Source: Lama glama (taxonomy: Eukaryota). From it: DNA of 64,000 bases. The number at the start of each line of letters is the position of its first letter. The stretch's first letter is position 1. The notes beneath the pieces are model-generated. The model saw only the letters and a list, made by a program, of their open reading frames with translations. It was not told where the DNA came from and did no database searches. Below, in pieces: positions 16,540-29,704 of this stretch. The position numbers were made by a program, and so were the translations under genes. The DNA is taken from positions 27,654,001 through 27,718,000 of the forward strand of contig CM052816.1 of assembly GCA_028534125.1 (NCBI GenBank), given 5' to 3'.

Positions 16540-16995
16540 CAGTTAGGATTCTTGGTGATGACCAATAGAAACTGATTAACTTAAACAAAATAAAAAAGAA
16601 AGAAAGAAAAGAAATTTGTGGGCGGTGTAAGCATTAATCATAGTAGAAAATGATAGATTCAACAACAGGATTCAGGAAAGAACAGAAACTCACTGTAGCT
16701 CCAGGGATCTCAGTAGCGAGGACTCATAACCATTTTCCCTAGAAATAAGTCATTTCTGTCTGTCTTCTACCTTTATATGTCTCCTCTCAATATTCATATT
16801 CCTAGGAGACAGAATTTTGATTGTTCTTATGTGAGTAATGTGTCCATACCTTGGATAAGGGAAAAAGTACGGCACAATTTTTATTTCTACTAGAATCACG
16901 TAGAATAAAGGAATAGTTTTCCAGGGGAAGAGTGGGATTCTATTACTAAAAGCAGGACAAAAGATGCTGGGCAGGTAGGAACAGTTTTTCTCAAG
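16540..16995. mobile_element. MaLR LTR (MLT1-type)
   Basis: agttaggattcttggtgatgaccaatagaaac...gttttccaggggaagagtggg...gatgctgggcagg resembles old MLT1 LTRs. Confidence 0.6.
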
Positions 16996-18365
16996 TTTGA
17001 AGACATTCATGGCCTCTTTTAAATGAAATAGAAATGATCACACCCTTCCTCAATGTAGTTTAAAATTACTTTTATTCATCACTTTCAATATTTTAAAATG
17101 TTCAAGCATTTTGTGCTTTTTAAGAAATATAATACCCTCTTTTATAAGTTTGTTGAATGGGGAAGGGTAGAAAAATGATCTCTATTTCTTGGTTTAATAC
17201 AACATGAAAAATTACATGTAATAATACAGTAATACTGTGTTTCTGTTTTTCTGCCCAGTGGTGCTGTCGACTGGTTGTTGAGGGTGGAGAGTAGCTCCCA
17301 ATAATCTCCATACAACCCTCCCCCATAATCTTCAAAACAATCTTATCAATCAAATGCAAACATAACTAAAAGAGAACATAAATTTTTATTTAAAAACATT
17401 GCTTTACTGTGACAGATAATGTTGTCTGAAGAAACTGAATCATTGCTCAAAATATTAACATGAAACCAGCTGCTACAAGGCAGCTTCTTTTAAGTTTGGC
17501 ATGACTACATCACCATATGCTCAGGGATACCTCAAAATTTCCTTCACTTTTCTTCAGTGAAAGAACTTCATAACCATTGTTTTGAGAGTGTTCAGTGATA
17601 TCCATTTGACATACATTTGGCATGAAAACGTTATTTGTATGTTAAGTCCACATTTGTGCCTTTGTCATTAGCCTCAACAAATAAAACAAACTGTCTAGTT
17701 TCATTGTGATTGTAAAGACGAATGCAACAGGTGCTGGAATAAGACCCACTTAAGTATAATGCAGATGTCCAGAATGTGTTTATGTATAAGTTTTAGAATA
17801 TTATCAAAATAAACACATAAAATGGAAAAAATAATTTTGAATAGAACTCACATACCCTAGTTGGGAAGCACATCTTTGGGCAGTCTGGTTGTGGAGGCAG
17901 ATGAAGGACAGAAGCAGAAAGATAATCACTACAGGAAGGATGTGCGTTACATCTCTGCACAGCTGACCTCTCTCTCCCTTACTTAAATTTGATCCAGTAG
18001 TCATTAGTGAATGCAAATAGCACTGATCAAGTTTCCTTTTGCTTTTACAAAGGTTTTTATTAGGTAGATAAGAATGAGAGAAACCATGCATTTTGTAAGA
18101 TGATTTCCTATACATTATTTGTTGATACAGATCAGGAAAGCACTGCTTTTCCAAATAAAACAAGTAGACTTCGGTTTATTTATAAGAGAAGACAGTTATC
18201 TTGAGATTATACCTGCAGTAGATCCTGTTTTACACTTGGATGGTTGAACTTGTGTAACTTCGCAGTTTGACCCAAGATGTAATAGAGCACCCAATTCCTT
18301 ATTAGTAAATAAACTATCCCCTTTATAAGGTTGTTGATTGGGGAAGAATAAAAAAATGGTTGCCT

Positions 18366-19035
18366 CTGAAGGAAATGAAATCAGTATCTTGAAGACATAT
18401 CTGTGCACACACACATTCATGGCAGCATTATTCACAATAATCAAGATATGGATACAACCTAAATGTCCTTTGATAGAGGAATGCATAAAGAAAATGTGAT
18501 ATATATATATATACACATAATGGAATATTATTAAGCCATTTAAAAAGAAGAAAACATTGCCATGATTTGTGATAACATGGATGAGTTTGGAGGGCATTAT
18601 ACTAAGTAAAATAAGCCAGAGTTTATACTGTATGATATCACTTATATGTGTAATCTTAAAAGAAAAAAAAGCTGGTTTCATGGAAACAGAGAATAGAACG
18701 GTGGTTGCTAGGAGCTGGGAGGAGGGTGAAATGGGGAGGTGTAGTCAGTGTACAAATTTCCAGTTATAAGAAGAATAAGATCTGAGGATCTAATGTGCAA
18801 CATGGTGACTATAGTTAATAATATGGTATTGCATACTTGAGAGTTGCTGAGAATGATCTTAAGCATGCTCACCACACACACACACACACACGTTAACTAT
18901 GTGAAGTGATAGATGTATTAATTATTTCAATCTGGGTAATCATTCCACAATGTATATGCATATCAAATAATCATGTTATCCACTTTAAACCCACAGTTAT
19001 ATTTGTGAATTGTTCATCAATAAAGTTAGAGAAAA
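18366..19035 (+). mobile_element. L1MA/MB-type 3' fragment
   Basis: ORF2 end (TWMSLEGIILSKISQ), 3'UTR with (CA)n at about 18873-18891, AATAAA at about 19019. Diverged candidate TSD aaaaatggttgcct / aaaagttgattgcct. Confidence 0.9.
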
Positions 19036-19779
19036 GTTGATTGCCTAATTTTTGCTTGTAAAGCACTGTGAAAACTTGTCTCTAACTATAGTAAGACTGG
19101 GTATTTCTTGACCCGACTGGTGCATCACTTATTGGTGCAAAAGTATGTTCTTCATAATCTGTATCAGTTTCCCTTCAAGCCACTCCAAGTGGACATAAAG
19201 TTTAAATAAAAACAGCATACTTATTATGAAATTGTATCTTCAAGACAAATCCACTGGCTATACTCAACCATGTTGCTGTATTTACACATAGAAATTCGGG
19301 AGCTTCTGTGGAATTTCTAGAGCTGCTGACACATTGTTAACCCTCGGGAAGAGCTGGTTGGATGGATTTGACATGAGTAGACCCACAGATCTAGCAAATA
19401 TTTCATGTTGCTGAAAAAACTTTGCCTTTTAGCGAACTAGAATATTTCTATGTGAAGTCTAGTACATTTACATGGGAAAAAAAGCTTAAAGAACTTTGAA
19501 AGGAATTTGAACTATACAAATCTGAAATAAACTCTCTTTGCCGGGTAAGCAGAATAAACATAAAAATGGATTTATTTAGAAGTGATTAGGTTAGGATTTA
19601 AGACCTTCGCTTTAATGAAACAGCAGACAATGTAAACTTCATTTATTCTCACTTAGACTAGAATTTATGTTGGTTATCTGAAGTCAGAGCTAATAATCCC
19701 AATCTACAAAAGGTCAGTTCTTACATGTGGGTTTTACAATGTGAAAAAATTATTTAATGATTTCTCTGCTCAACGAGAT

Positions 19780-20890
19780 TGAACAAAGATTTACTAAACA
19801 CTAGCTGCAAAGATTTGTGCAAGTGGCTGTCAGGGAGACAAAGGTGAATAAAGCAAGAAGGCTGCAGATAAGACACATACATACATCATCATGACACATT
19901 ACTGCAGTGCACATTCTGCTTGAGACCTGCTCTTGTAAAGGAACAGAAACTTTGCACATAGGAGGTAAAAAGGGGGAATGATTGCTGTATCTCTGGGTAA
20001 TATGGTAATACAGGGAAAAAAATAGATAACAGTCTTTGCCTTTATGGAGCTTGCTGACTTGTAGCAGAATGAAAAGTAGACAATAATTATGCAAATATTT
20101 AATTAGTCATACATGGTATGAGCACTACAAAGGAGAAACACAATGTCAGGAAAGTATGAAGCAGAAGACCTAGCCTGCTCTGGGTTTTCAACAAAACCTT
20201 TCCTGGGGAGGTGGAATCTGAGTAGAGACTTTAAGGAGGCCAGGTGGAATTGGGAAAGGATTATGCTATTGTTGAGGAGGCTGACCACTGGGATAGAATC
20301 TTGGGCAGTGAATCCAGTGGACTCAGTAAGAGAAGGAGAGGTTTGCAGGACAGATCCAAGAGAACCATCTAATTGTTGGGAATCAGCATGATTTGAAAGG
20401 AAGCAGTGGGAAAAAGAATGAGAGAAGTTGGGGTCAGATCAGAGTGTGGACTTGAATGCCTTCATTGAATGCTTACCAAGGTACTTGGACTTTATTTTGC
20501 AGGCATTCATCTGAGCCAGGTATAATCGGAAGCAGGACTTGAAAAGGTTACTCTCTCATGAATGTGCTCAATGCATTTATATAAGGAGGAATCACAGTCA
20601 GAGAAGTTGCAGTGGAGGTGTTATTGGACCTGAGAGTAGTCTGAATAAGAGTAACTCCAGTGGTAATTGAAAGAAGTTTGTGAGCTAGATGTTAGGGGGA
20701 TGAAGTGGCAAAAGTGACTTCAAGGCTTTGAATTTGAAAACAAACAAGGTGGTTGTTTGATGCCAGTGTCAGAGTTAGGGGACACACAAAAAAGGCTAAA
20801 TTTTTCCTGGGACATGAATGTGGTTTATGAACTTCATGCTTATTTTTAAAAGAAAGAGTAACATCTAATAGGTAGATATGATGAATAAAT
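19780..20890 (-). mobile_element. Degenerate L2 (interrupted)
   Basis: aacaaagatttactaaacact tail, agtctttgcctttatggagcttgctgacttgtag, and a purine-rich antisense L2 body. Confidence 0.65.
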
Positions 20891-23799
20891 TCATGTGACA
20901 AATTTCATTTAATAGAAATGTAGGAAAAAAGTCTAGTTTTTTTCCTGCAAATCTGCTTATTTGAATGGAATATAAATTATCTTTGTCTAGAAATCACTTT
21001 AATTTTTTTAACCTTTTTCCTTTTTTTTCTTGTTTCCCAATACTATTAACACTTTAGGTTTATTAAAGAGGCTGGGAAGAAATGTGTAGAAAAGGCTATT
21101 TATATTGTAATTTCTATCACTTAGCCAGCAGCCTAATGGCCATCCTCCAGGGAGAGGCAGGCAGCTGTTTAATAGTGTGAGTCAAAGGGCTAGGATAGAG
21201 TCAGGTAGCTTGGCTGTCCCTTTAATGAGGCATCTTCACGCACATTTATAGTGGCTCATTTATTCTCTTTCCAGAAGCTTAATTTGTGACTCCAAACAAT
21301 TTCTGAGTGTTTATGTAATTCATTTAAAAAAAAGAATCAACTAACCTCATTTCTGCCTGGAAAAACCAGTCAGTTGAACCAAATCCAGGCCTCTTTTTAA
21401 AAAATTATTTGACACTTATAATTTAAGAATGCCTTGCTAGTCCACAATTGCTTTTTATTCATTCATTCTTGGAAGTCTTAGTCTGCTTACCTTGTGGTAT
21501 GGACAGAGTCATCATGGTCACTCAATCTGCAGTCACATTTTACCTTCAATTGTGGAAAGAAGCTTGGTGAATCGACTCTCAGTTATCAGATGGAAGAATG
21601 CTCTGCTGGACAGTTCTATGCCTAGTCCTAATGCTAGTCCAGAAAGTATACTTTTTTCTTCATTTCCAGGGTACCTATGTGTTTGTGCCCTAGAAGATTA
21701 TATCATTTTAGTTTTAGCTTGGAGCAGCTTCTGGAGCTCACTTGTGGTGGATGGGGGACAAAAGAATCAGAGATGCTCTCTTAGTATTTAGGAGTGCATC
21801 TTCTGAATCTAGCAAAGAAAAAGTACAACTGCTATAGTTAATTGAAGTTTTGGGGTCAGTTTTATATTCATAATAAACCTGGTTTTGAATTAAGATTTTC
21901 ATACTATTTGTTGACAGCAGTTGAAAGACTTAACTAGCTAAATAAGATAAAGCAAGTGTTTTTGTCTTTGCTCTTTTTCCATTTTAAAGATGACAGAGAT
22001 GAAATCATGTATAATTTGAATAGAATTAGGACAAGATTAAAAAGAATAGTTCAGTGATTACTGTGCATAAACTTGAACCTGTGTCTCTCCTCTTTCCCCT
22101 ACAACATTTATTTACCTTTTCTACAGACTTAGTATAGTAGTCATGCTTCATTTGATTGAGGACGCACCTTTATGAAAATTTGCTTTAAAGGCAACATTTG
22201 GCACACAGAGTTTTCCTTCCATAAAAATACTTCAAACACTCCTGATGATAAAATTTAAAAAGGAGAGACTCAAAATATGAAACCTCAAAAAGAATTTCTG
22301 CAGACTGGAAATCTGCTGAAAGTCATTTGGCAAAAAGCATAGTGCCATTAAGCAATTTTCAGAGATTGCAAGTTGAATTGGGACTTGGATAAAAATAAAA
22401 TGATATATTCAGTCCACTAGGGATAGAGAAGGTAAATGTAAACTCTATATATCTTCAAGTATTAGCTTTTGATTTATTTTGCTCTCTATATTGTGATGTG
22501 GGAAGGAATTGTATTTTACTATTGGATATTCTATAGGAAAATGGGTTTCTCTAAAATGAAGGCAGATTTTGATGAAAGAATATGCTCAGATTGGTTTAAT
22601 ACAGGACCGATGTGAAGCGCTGCAGCTTTGACAATGTGTTCTCACATCTTATCCAAATATACTTTTTCTCCAATGTTCTGTAATCTTAAACACTTTTAAA
22701 ATATGTAATTCAGAGTGAAAGACTGGAAAAATTGTTAGACTTTACTTTTCTTTGCATCATAAATATCCTGGGGAAAATTGCACAGGGAAATGTGTTAGTT
22801 GTGTGTTTGTAGTGTATCCTATAATGTCATGTGTTATGCTGTTATGGCTGTAAAATTTCATAAATACTTCCCTGTATAATCAGAAAGATCAAAATAGAAA
22901 ATCACGTGGGAACCAGTTTAAAGTTTTCTTGTCTCCTTTAAGAAATGACACACTCTAGTTAAGAAGAATTCAAATGAAAACATATAGAATCGTTTTTATT
23001 TTTATGTATTTCATTCCTTTCACTGGTGCTTCTTAGCCTTGAGACAATTTTCTCCTCTGCAATTCAGAAGATGGCATGGAGAGTTCTTTATGAAGACAAA
23101 TTGTCGCCAGCTCTTGCCAGGCAATAGATTAAAAATGATGTTATTTTTTGAAAGCTCCTATGGGATATGTGGCCACAACTGAGTAACAGTTAAGTTTATA
23201 AAATAAAATATCCACAGGTAAATAAAGTGCTAATAAGTGTAAGAAATAATTTGCTACTCTGAAAGTTTACTGACTTTGATAATCTCTCTCTTAAAAAGTA
23301 AGCCTTTTTCTGAAGAGCTGTGGTCTTCCTGCTGTGAGCACATAATTAGCAGTAATGGGAATTAGATCAGCACATGTAGTGCAAGCTCATCCTTGCTTTA
23401 CGTTGTGCTTGTCAAATGAGAATATAAAATGAGATGTGCTGTTAATGCTTCCGTGCGTTGTGGACATATGGCGGGCTTTTAGCAAAGTGGCACCCTGGGA
23501 GGATATTTGCTTATTCTTTGTGCATGGTATTGAGACTCACAGCACCCTCTCTCTGCTAATGTCTAGTAGGAGGTACTAAGAAAAACAAGTGGCAGTATTT
23601 ATGACCTAACAGAGTCCCCGTTCATTATACATTATGTCTAATGTGAACCTTCATAACTGAAGGTTATTTATTACATTTTCATTCCCTGGTATTCTTTTTT
23701 TTTTTTAAATCCTGTCCTACATTTTTCTAGAAAAGACTATAATCTCAAAAAAAAAATTCCTGTTACAGAAAGATTGGGAAATGTAGGATGGAGGGGAAC

Positions 23800-24100
23800 A
23801 TGTGGTTAATTTTTTTGAGAAACTACTCTGAGTTCAGCAATGTTTTAATGTTATTTTGTCTCATCTTTTCCATGCACTTTAAAGTTAAGGATTATTCTCA
23901 ATTCATGAACGAGGAAACAATATGGTTTTGTATCTTGCCAGTAATCACAAAACTTGTTAATGACAAAGTTGTGATTAAACCCCAAATGTGTGGAACTATA
24001 TGGTTTTGTATCTTGCCAGTAATCACAAAACTTGTTAATGACAAAGTTGTGATTAAACCCCAAATGTGTGGAACTATGCTCTTTCACTACCAGTATTGAT
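23800..24100 (-). mobile_element. MIR SINE containing an internal tandem duplication
   Basis: attattctcaattcatgaacgaggaaac...ttgccagtaatcacaaaacttgttaatgacaaagttgtgattaaaccc resembles the antisense MIR core. Confidence 0.6.
23920..24077. repeat. Perfect 78-bp tandem duplication (2 copies)
   Basis: 23920-23997 is identical to 23998-24075; also visible as a repeated 26-aa block in the ORF track. Confidence 0.97.
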
Positions 24101-24109
24101 CAACGCTCT

Positions 24110-25250
24110 TAAATCACCCTTACCTTTTCTTCTCCTGACCTGGAGGGATGAAGTTAAAAGTCTACTAACTCTGTACCATGATTCTCTCATTCTGTTACAA
24201 AATTCATACCCTCTGATTATACAGTTAATAATTGACTTTCAGTTTTCTCCTCAAATTTAGTGAGGATTTTGAAATGGTTCAGTATCTATTCTTTGCAGAT
24301 CCTGCTGTTATCCTGAGTAATTTCAGTGTCCATATGCATAATCCTTCCAACTTCCTCACCTCAAGTATTTCCAAGCTCCTTAGCATCACTATCTTTTATG
24401 TTTTCTACACTTCAGCAGACTAATACTCCTGGACATTATTATTATCCAGAACAGCTCTATCTCTAAAATATGAAATACTAACAGAACCATGTCAAAGGAT
24501 GCTAGTTACCTATCTCCAACATTTCCCCACCTTCATCTTGAGGATAAAACCCATGATTTGTGGTAAACGTGACTATCTAGAAAAAAATATTCTCCAGCTT
24601 CTCTTACAGCTTGTCTTAGCCAAGTGACTAAGTTCTGGTCAATAAGATATAAGGGAAAAATTGTGTAAAGCTTGAAGGGACTTGGGGGAAGAAATTGTCC
24701 TGTTTCCTACTTCTTGCTAGCTTGATGACAAATGTGGTGTCTGGAGCTCCAGCAGCCATTTAGAACCATGAGAAGGAAAGCATAAGCTGAAGATGATTGA
24801 AGGGCAAGATAGGAGGAGACTGGTTCCCTGATTCTGTAGAGTGCTCTGTCAGCCCTAGACTATCAATTTCTAGACTTGTTTTACATGAGAGAAGAAAAGA
24901 ACTCTTTTTTTTTTTAAGCTAGTATTACTTTATTTCTTCCAATTCAGCCACACCTAAACCTCATATGTTAACTCTCAGGTTCAGTATCAAGTTGTCCATT
25001 ATCTCACCCTTCAACAGCTCTCTTCTGATGTCCATCGCTTTTCTAGCCAGTCTGACATTCATAGTTAAACACACGAACAACTCTTTCAGCAGCACTGTAC
25101 CTACTAATCAAAGAATACCATCCCAGACTTAATCCAGCAATCTGGGATTGCATAGATTTTCTAGAGCATACCATATATTTGCACATATTTTTCCTTGGTT
25201 TAGAATGCTAGCCTCTCCTTGACTCTCCGGCAAATCCTAGTCTCTTAAAT
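24110..25250 (+). mobile_element. Degenerate L2 interrupted by an MLT1 LTR
   Basis: L2-like pyrimidine-rich sequence at about 24110-24480 (cctgagtaatttcagtgtccatatgcataatccttccaac) and 24970-25250. Confidence 0.55.
24520..24960. mobile_element. MaLR LTR (MLT1-type)
   Basis: gccaagtgactaagttctggtcaataagatataag...ctggagctccagcagccatttagaaccatgag, hallmark MLT1 motifs. Confidence 0.8.
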
Positions 25251-26639
25251 ATCGCTGTATATATAATACGTAATGTATAATAACTGTATATGTAATATAA
25301 TCTCTTATGTTATTTTTATTGACATAATTGTACACCACTTCCTCCTGGCCCAGAATACTCAGATGTTTATATTGTCAGGCATATTGGTTTTCAAAATTTA
25401 TTTTCCCCAGGTTTTCTGTTTTCAACAAGTCTGACATTTCTAAGCTATCAGCTAAATAGCCAAAGAGTTTAATTCATGGTAATGGAAGAGAGGTGTATAC
25501 ATATATCTTTTAGGATTTCTGGAAGGAAAATTGCAGTGGTAAGAGAATGTTCGGGGATGTTTCAAACATAATGTTCCATATTTGCATTTGAATCTGACAG
25601 ACATTTTCCTCTTTTGTTTCTAAGAAATGAAACATTTCAAATGACCTAGTGAAATATGACTTCCAACTTCAAAAATGCATATGTCTACCTTTTATTTCAA
25701 TTTTGTTGTTTGTACTGTCAGATTATTCCTATGTAGTTGGAAGGAAAAATCTCTTAATTTAATTTTGTGTAACATTACAATGTACAGCAGGGTATTCATG
25801 AAGACAAGATTCTCATCAAAAATATTTATTATCTAATATTTATGAAATTTCTAGCTTAAAAAGCTGTGAAACAAGATTGAGGCAGATGTTTACAAACTAT
25901 GTTAAAATCTCTACAGCTTTGCTAGGTATGATAATATATCAGAATAAGTAGTGTATCAAAAAATGGTATAAATAAATAAGCTTTGCTATGTATGATACTA
26001 TATTAGAATAGAGAGCATATCAATAAATGATATAAATGCCTGGAATTTTAAGTTATTTACAGAATCCTTAGAAAACTTGACAAAAATTAAATTTCTGAGA
26101 GGTTCAAATGAATCTATTAAGCAGTAAACTCATTTTTATGATAATTCTATTTCATTTTTTTGTCTTCTAGTTTCCCTACTATCAGGGATTATTAATAGCT
26201 GGTTATGTCTGCTACAGACTATAGAAGTTTCCTTAGGTAAGCTGTGATTTCATTAATCATTGCTAATGATTTAAGATAGGACATTTTAATACCTAGAAAT
26301 ATTAGCATTTAGTAAAATATAGTTTAGATTACATTTTTACAGGTGAGAAATATGAAGATTTAAGGAGATCTTTTTGATTCCTTATAATCATAAGGTTGTA
26401 TTTTTTCCCCTACTACTCATGCTGATCAAAATCTTGGAGGAAATTAAATAATTCAATGAGTGAGTATTAAGAAGGATGGCCATGAAGGAGTAGGAATAAT
26501 TGGGAGCACTGAGAATTGGTCAAAACCAGTGAAAATATGAAAAAAATTTTACTTACATGTGTAAGTTGCCTTTTTTGCTTTAAAAATAATTTTACAGTCA
26601 AACTAGTTTTCTAATCACATTTGCTCTTTTCATTTTTTA

Positions 26640-27325
26640 TATTTCTTTCTTTTTTATACAATTTTTAAAGGTTACACTCCATTTACGTATAAAATATTGG
26701 CTACATTCCCTATGCTGTACAATACATCCTTGTAGTCTATCTTGCACCCAGTAGATTGTATCTCCCACTTACCCACCTCTATATTACCCCTCCTCCCCTC
26801 TCCCCACTGGTAACTACTAGTTTGTTCTCTATATCTGTAAGTCTGCTCTTTTGTTATATTCACTAGTTTGTTGTACTTTTTAGATTCCACCATAAGTGAT
26901 ATCATACAGTGTTCGTCTTTTTCTGTCTGACTTATTTCACTTAGCATGATACCCTCCAAGTCCATCCATACTGCTGCAAATGGCAGAATTCTGTTCTTAT
27001 TTATAACCGAGTAATTTTCCATTGTTACCCACATATCACTTCTTTTTCCATTTATCTGTTGATGAACACTTAGGTTGCTTCTATGTCTTGGCAATTGGCA
27101 ATTGTGAATAATACTATCATGAATATTGGGGAGCTTCCATCTTTTAGAATCAGTGTTTTGGGGTTTTTTTTTTTTTTTGGATGTATACCCAGGAGTGGAA
27201 CTACTGGGCCATGTAGTAGTTCTACTTTCAGTTTCTTGAGAAACCTCGATACTGTTTTTCACAGTGACTGCCGCAATTTACATTCCCGCCGACAGTATAT
27301 GAGGGTTCCCTTTTCTCCACTCCAC
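26640..27325 (-). mobile_element. 5'-truncated L1 3' fragment
   Basis: Minus ORF contains ILPFAAVWMDLEGIMLSEISQTEKD (ORF2 end), followed by 3'UTR. Confidence 0.92.
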
Positions 27326-27449
27326 AAGGTGCCTATTTATGTTTTTTTCCCATTAAAAAAAAGAGTTTTGCCCATTAAAAAATAAGTTGTCCTTTTCTTA
27401 CTGATTTTTAGGAGTTTCTTGTGTAGTTTGTACATGAATATGTGACAAT

Positions 27450-27720
27450 TTGTGTTCTAGGGGAGCAGATACTGAGAGTGAAAAATGCAAAAGGTTTATT
27501 AAGGAGTAACTCCTTGTAAAGTCACTAACTAGGGGCCTTGCCAAGAAGAATGTGACCTGGGCTACTACTTTCTTGGTCGGTATCACCCTAAAAATAGCAT
27601 GACCTTGACTCAAAAACTGAAGGAAAATCCAAAGGTGTTAATAGCTGGAGGCTGTCAGCTAACCATACTCATAGTAACGGAGTACTTTCTTAAAGGGAAT
27701 ATACATCTCTGCATACGTTC
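27450..27720. mobile_element. MaLR LTR fragment nested in the old L1
   Basis: gttctagggagcagatactgagagtgaaaaatgcaaaaggtttattaaggag resembles the MLT1-like element at 62215. Confidence 0.55.
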
Positions 27721-27991
27721 CAGAATCCTGTTGTAGTTATATACATTGCAAATATCTTTTCCTCTCAGTGGCTTGTATTTTCACACTTTTAGTGATATCT
27801 TTGATGACTATGGGTATCTAATTTTAATATAGCTTAATTTATTAGCGTTTTCATTTATGTTACTTCCAAGTTCTTTACTGTCTATTCCAAGTTAATGATG
27901 GTATTCTCTTGATGTTACTAGAAGTGTTACTGTTTTATGTTTTACATTGAGATCTACATACCATGCAAAATTGATTTTGGTCAGTAGAAAA

Positions 27992-28031
27992 AAGTAGGAG
28001 TAAAATTATCTAAGTAGGAGTAAAATTATCT
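27992..28031. repeat. Perfect 20-bp tandem duplication
   Basis: aagtaggagtaaaattatct x2. Confidence 0.95.
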
Positions 28032-29667
28032 AGCTAGCTATATGTCTGTCTATCTATTTCTCTCTCTAGCATCATCATCTATATCTATCCCTAGACAAGA
28101 CATTGATAGATATCCAATTAACCCAGCAGCATTTATTGCAAGATCATCCTTTTCTACTATCCTGCAATGGCATGTTTGTCATACAGTAACAGTCAATAGA
28201 TGTGCAGGCTTGTTTCAAGACATTAAGTTCTATTAGTCTGTTTATCTGTTGCTGCAGTACCTCTCTGACTTAATTACTGTGGTTTCAGAACTAATCTTAT
28301 TATCTAGTGATGTCATTCTTTGTTCTGTTTCTTCAAAATTTTCTGCTAGGCTTTCTCAATTGATGTCTTCATCTGAACACAGAAAATAAAAAATGATTTG
28401 AGTGATAATTTTCTCAATTCTTTCAAGTATGCTACCATTCTAGATGCATAGGAGAGAAGTTAACTGATGAAATGCAACATTTAGGGCATTGGAGTTTAGT
28501 CTTCTTTTGAAACTCTGGCTAAGAAATCCTGGAAAGCTACTCATGTTTCTTGCATATTCATGTAGAATTTAAAATAAGCCTGTAATATTTCCACAAAAAT
28601 TTTATTGGGAGTTTTATTAGGACAGAATTTAATCTGTACCTCAATTTGAAGAAAACCAAAATCTTTACAATATTAAGTCTGAATTCACTAATATGATACA
28701 TTTCTTCCTTTATTTAGCACTTTAATTTCTCTCATTAATGTTTTGTAGAGACCTGGTGCATCTTTCATTAGGTTTTTTATAGATATTTGTTACTTTTGAT
28801 GCTACTGCAAGTAGCATTTAAATTTTTTTAATTTTTAATTACTGTTGGTGTTATTCTGAAATCAGTTAATGTTTTGAACGTTGACCTTCCAATCCATAGC
28901 CATGATAAATTTACACGTTATTTCTCATAGTTGTTCTTTGAATTCTTTTAGATTTTCTATGTGCATAATCATCTATTGGATCTATGTGTGAAATAACTAC
29001 AGGTTACTCCAATCACGTATTTTTCTTATGGCACTGGCTGAGGTCTTTTTTTTTTTTAAAAAAAGATTATCTTTATTAATAATGTTCTTTCTCCTTTTAA
29101 TTTCACCAATTTTTGTTACTAATGGGTATTGAATTATGATGATCATGTAATTTTTTCCTTTTAGAATATTAATGTTATGAAGTAGATTGATTTTAAAATG
29201 TTAAAATAACCTTGCATTCCTGAAATAAATGCAACATTGTCATTTTCCTGCATTTTACATCTTGCTGGATTCAGCTTGCTAATACGCTGCTTAAGATGTT
29301 TGTACCTATGTTCTTGAGAGTGATCTGCATATAAATTTATTTTCTTTATGTGACTTTCAGTGATTACTATCAAAGTTATGCTAGTATTGTGAAATCCAAG
29401 CAGTCTCATTTTATGCTCTGAAAGTGATTGTATAAGATATATTCAATTTCTTCTTTAAATATTTCTTAGAATTAATTGGTAATGTCTTTTGTGCCTGAAA
29501 TTTTCTTTGTTTAAAAGTGTTTAATTATACATTCAATTATCTGATAGGTATAGGACTATTCAGAATTTTATTTTTTTCTTAAGCCAATCTTTGTAAGTTC
29601 TGTTTCCATGAACTTATTCATTTCATTTACATTGTCATATTTTGAGCATAAAGTCTTTTTTCTGTAG

Positions 29668-29704
29668 AAACAGACAATAATGGCTTTTGAAGTTTTCAGA
29701 TTTG
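29668..29704 (+). other. Candidate 37-nt exon
   Basis: tcttttttctgtag| acceptor and near-consensus donor TTG|GTAAGT. Reads KQTIMAFEVFRF in phase 0 or ETDNNGF* in phase 1. Confidence 0.3.

Larger units (their letters stand above)
27330..29652 (-). mobile_element. Old, highly degenerate L1M ORF2 fragment
   Basis: Antisense L1 motifs throughout (ttgcaaatatcttttcc, ccagcagcatttattg, ccttgcattcctgaaataaat). Minus ORF 29161-29409 retains FISGMQGYFNILKSI, an RT-region motif. Confidence 0.8.

Noticed and set aside
16155..21500. Minus-strand donor motifs (actcacctg at about 16155, gcttacctt at about 21485)
   Set aside because: No good paired acceptors or recognisable peptides, and retroelement bias favours a + strand host.
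12599..24077. CRISPR-like repeat-spacer interpretation of the direct repeats
   Set aside because: Only two copies each, mammalian DNA, and no cas genes.
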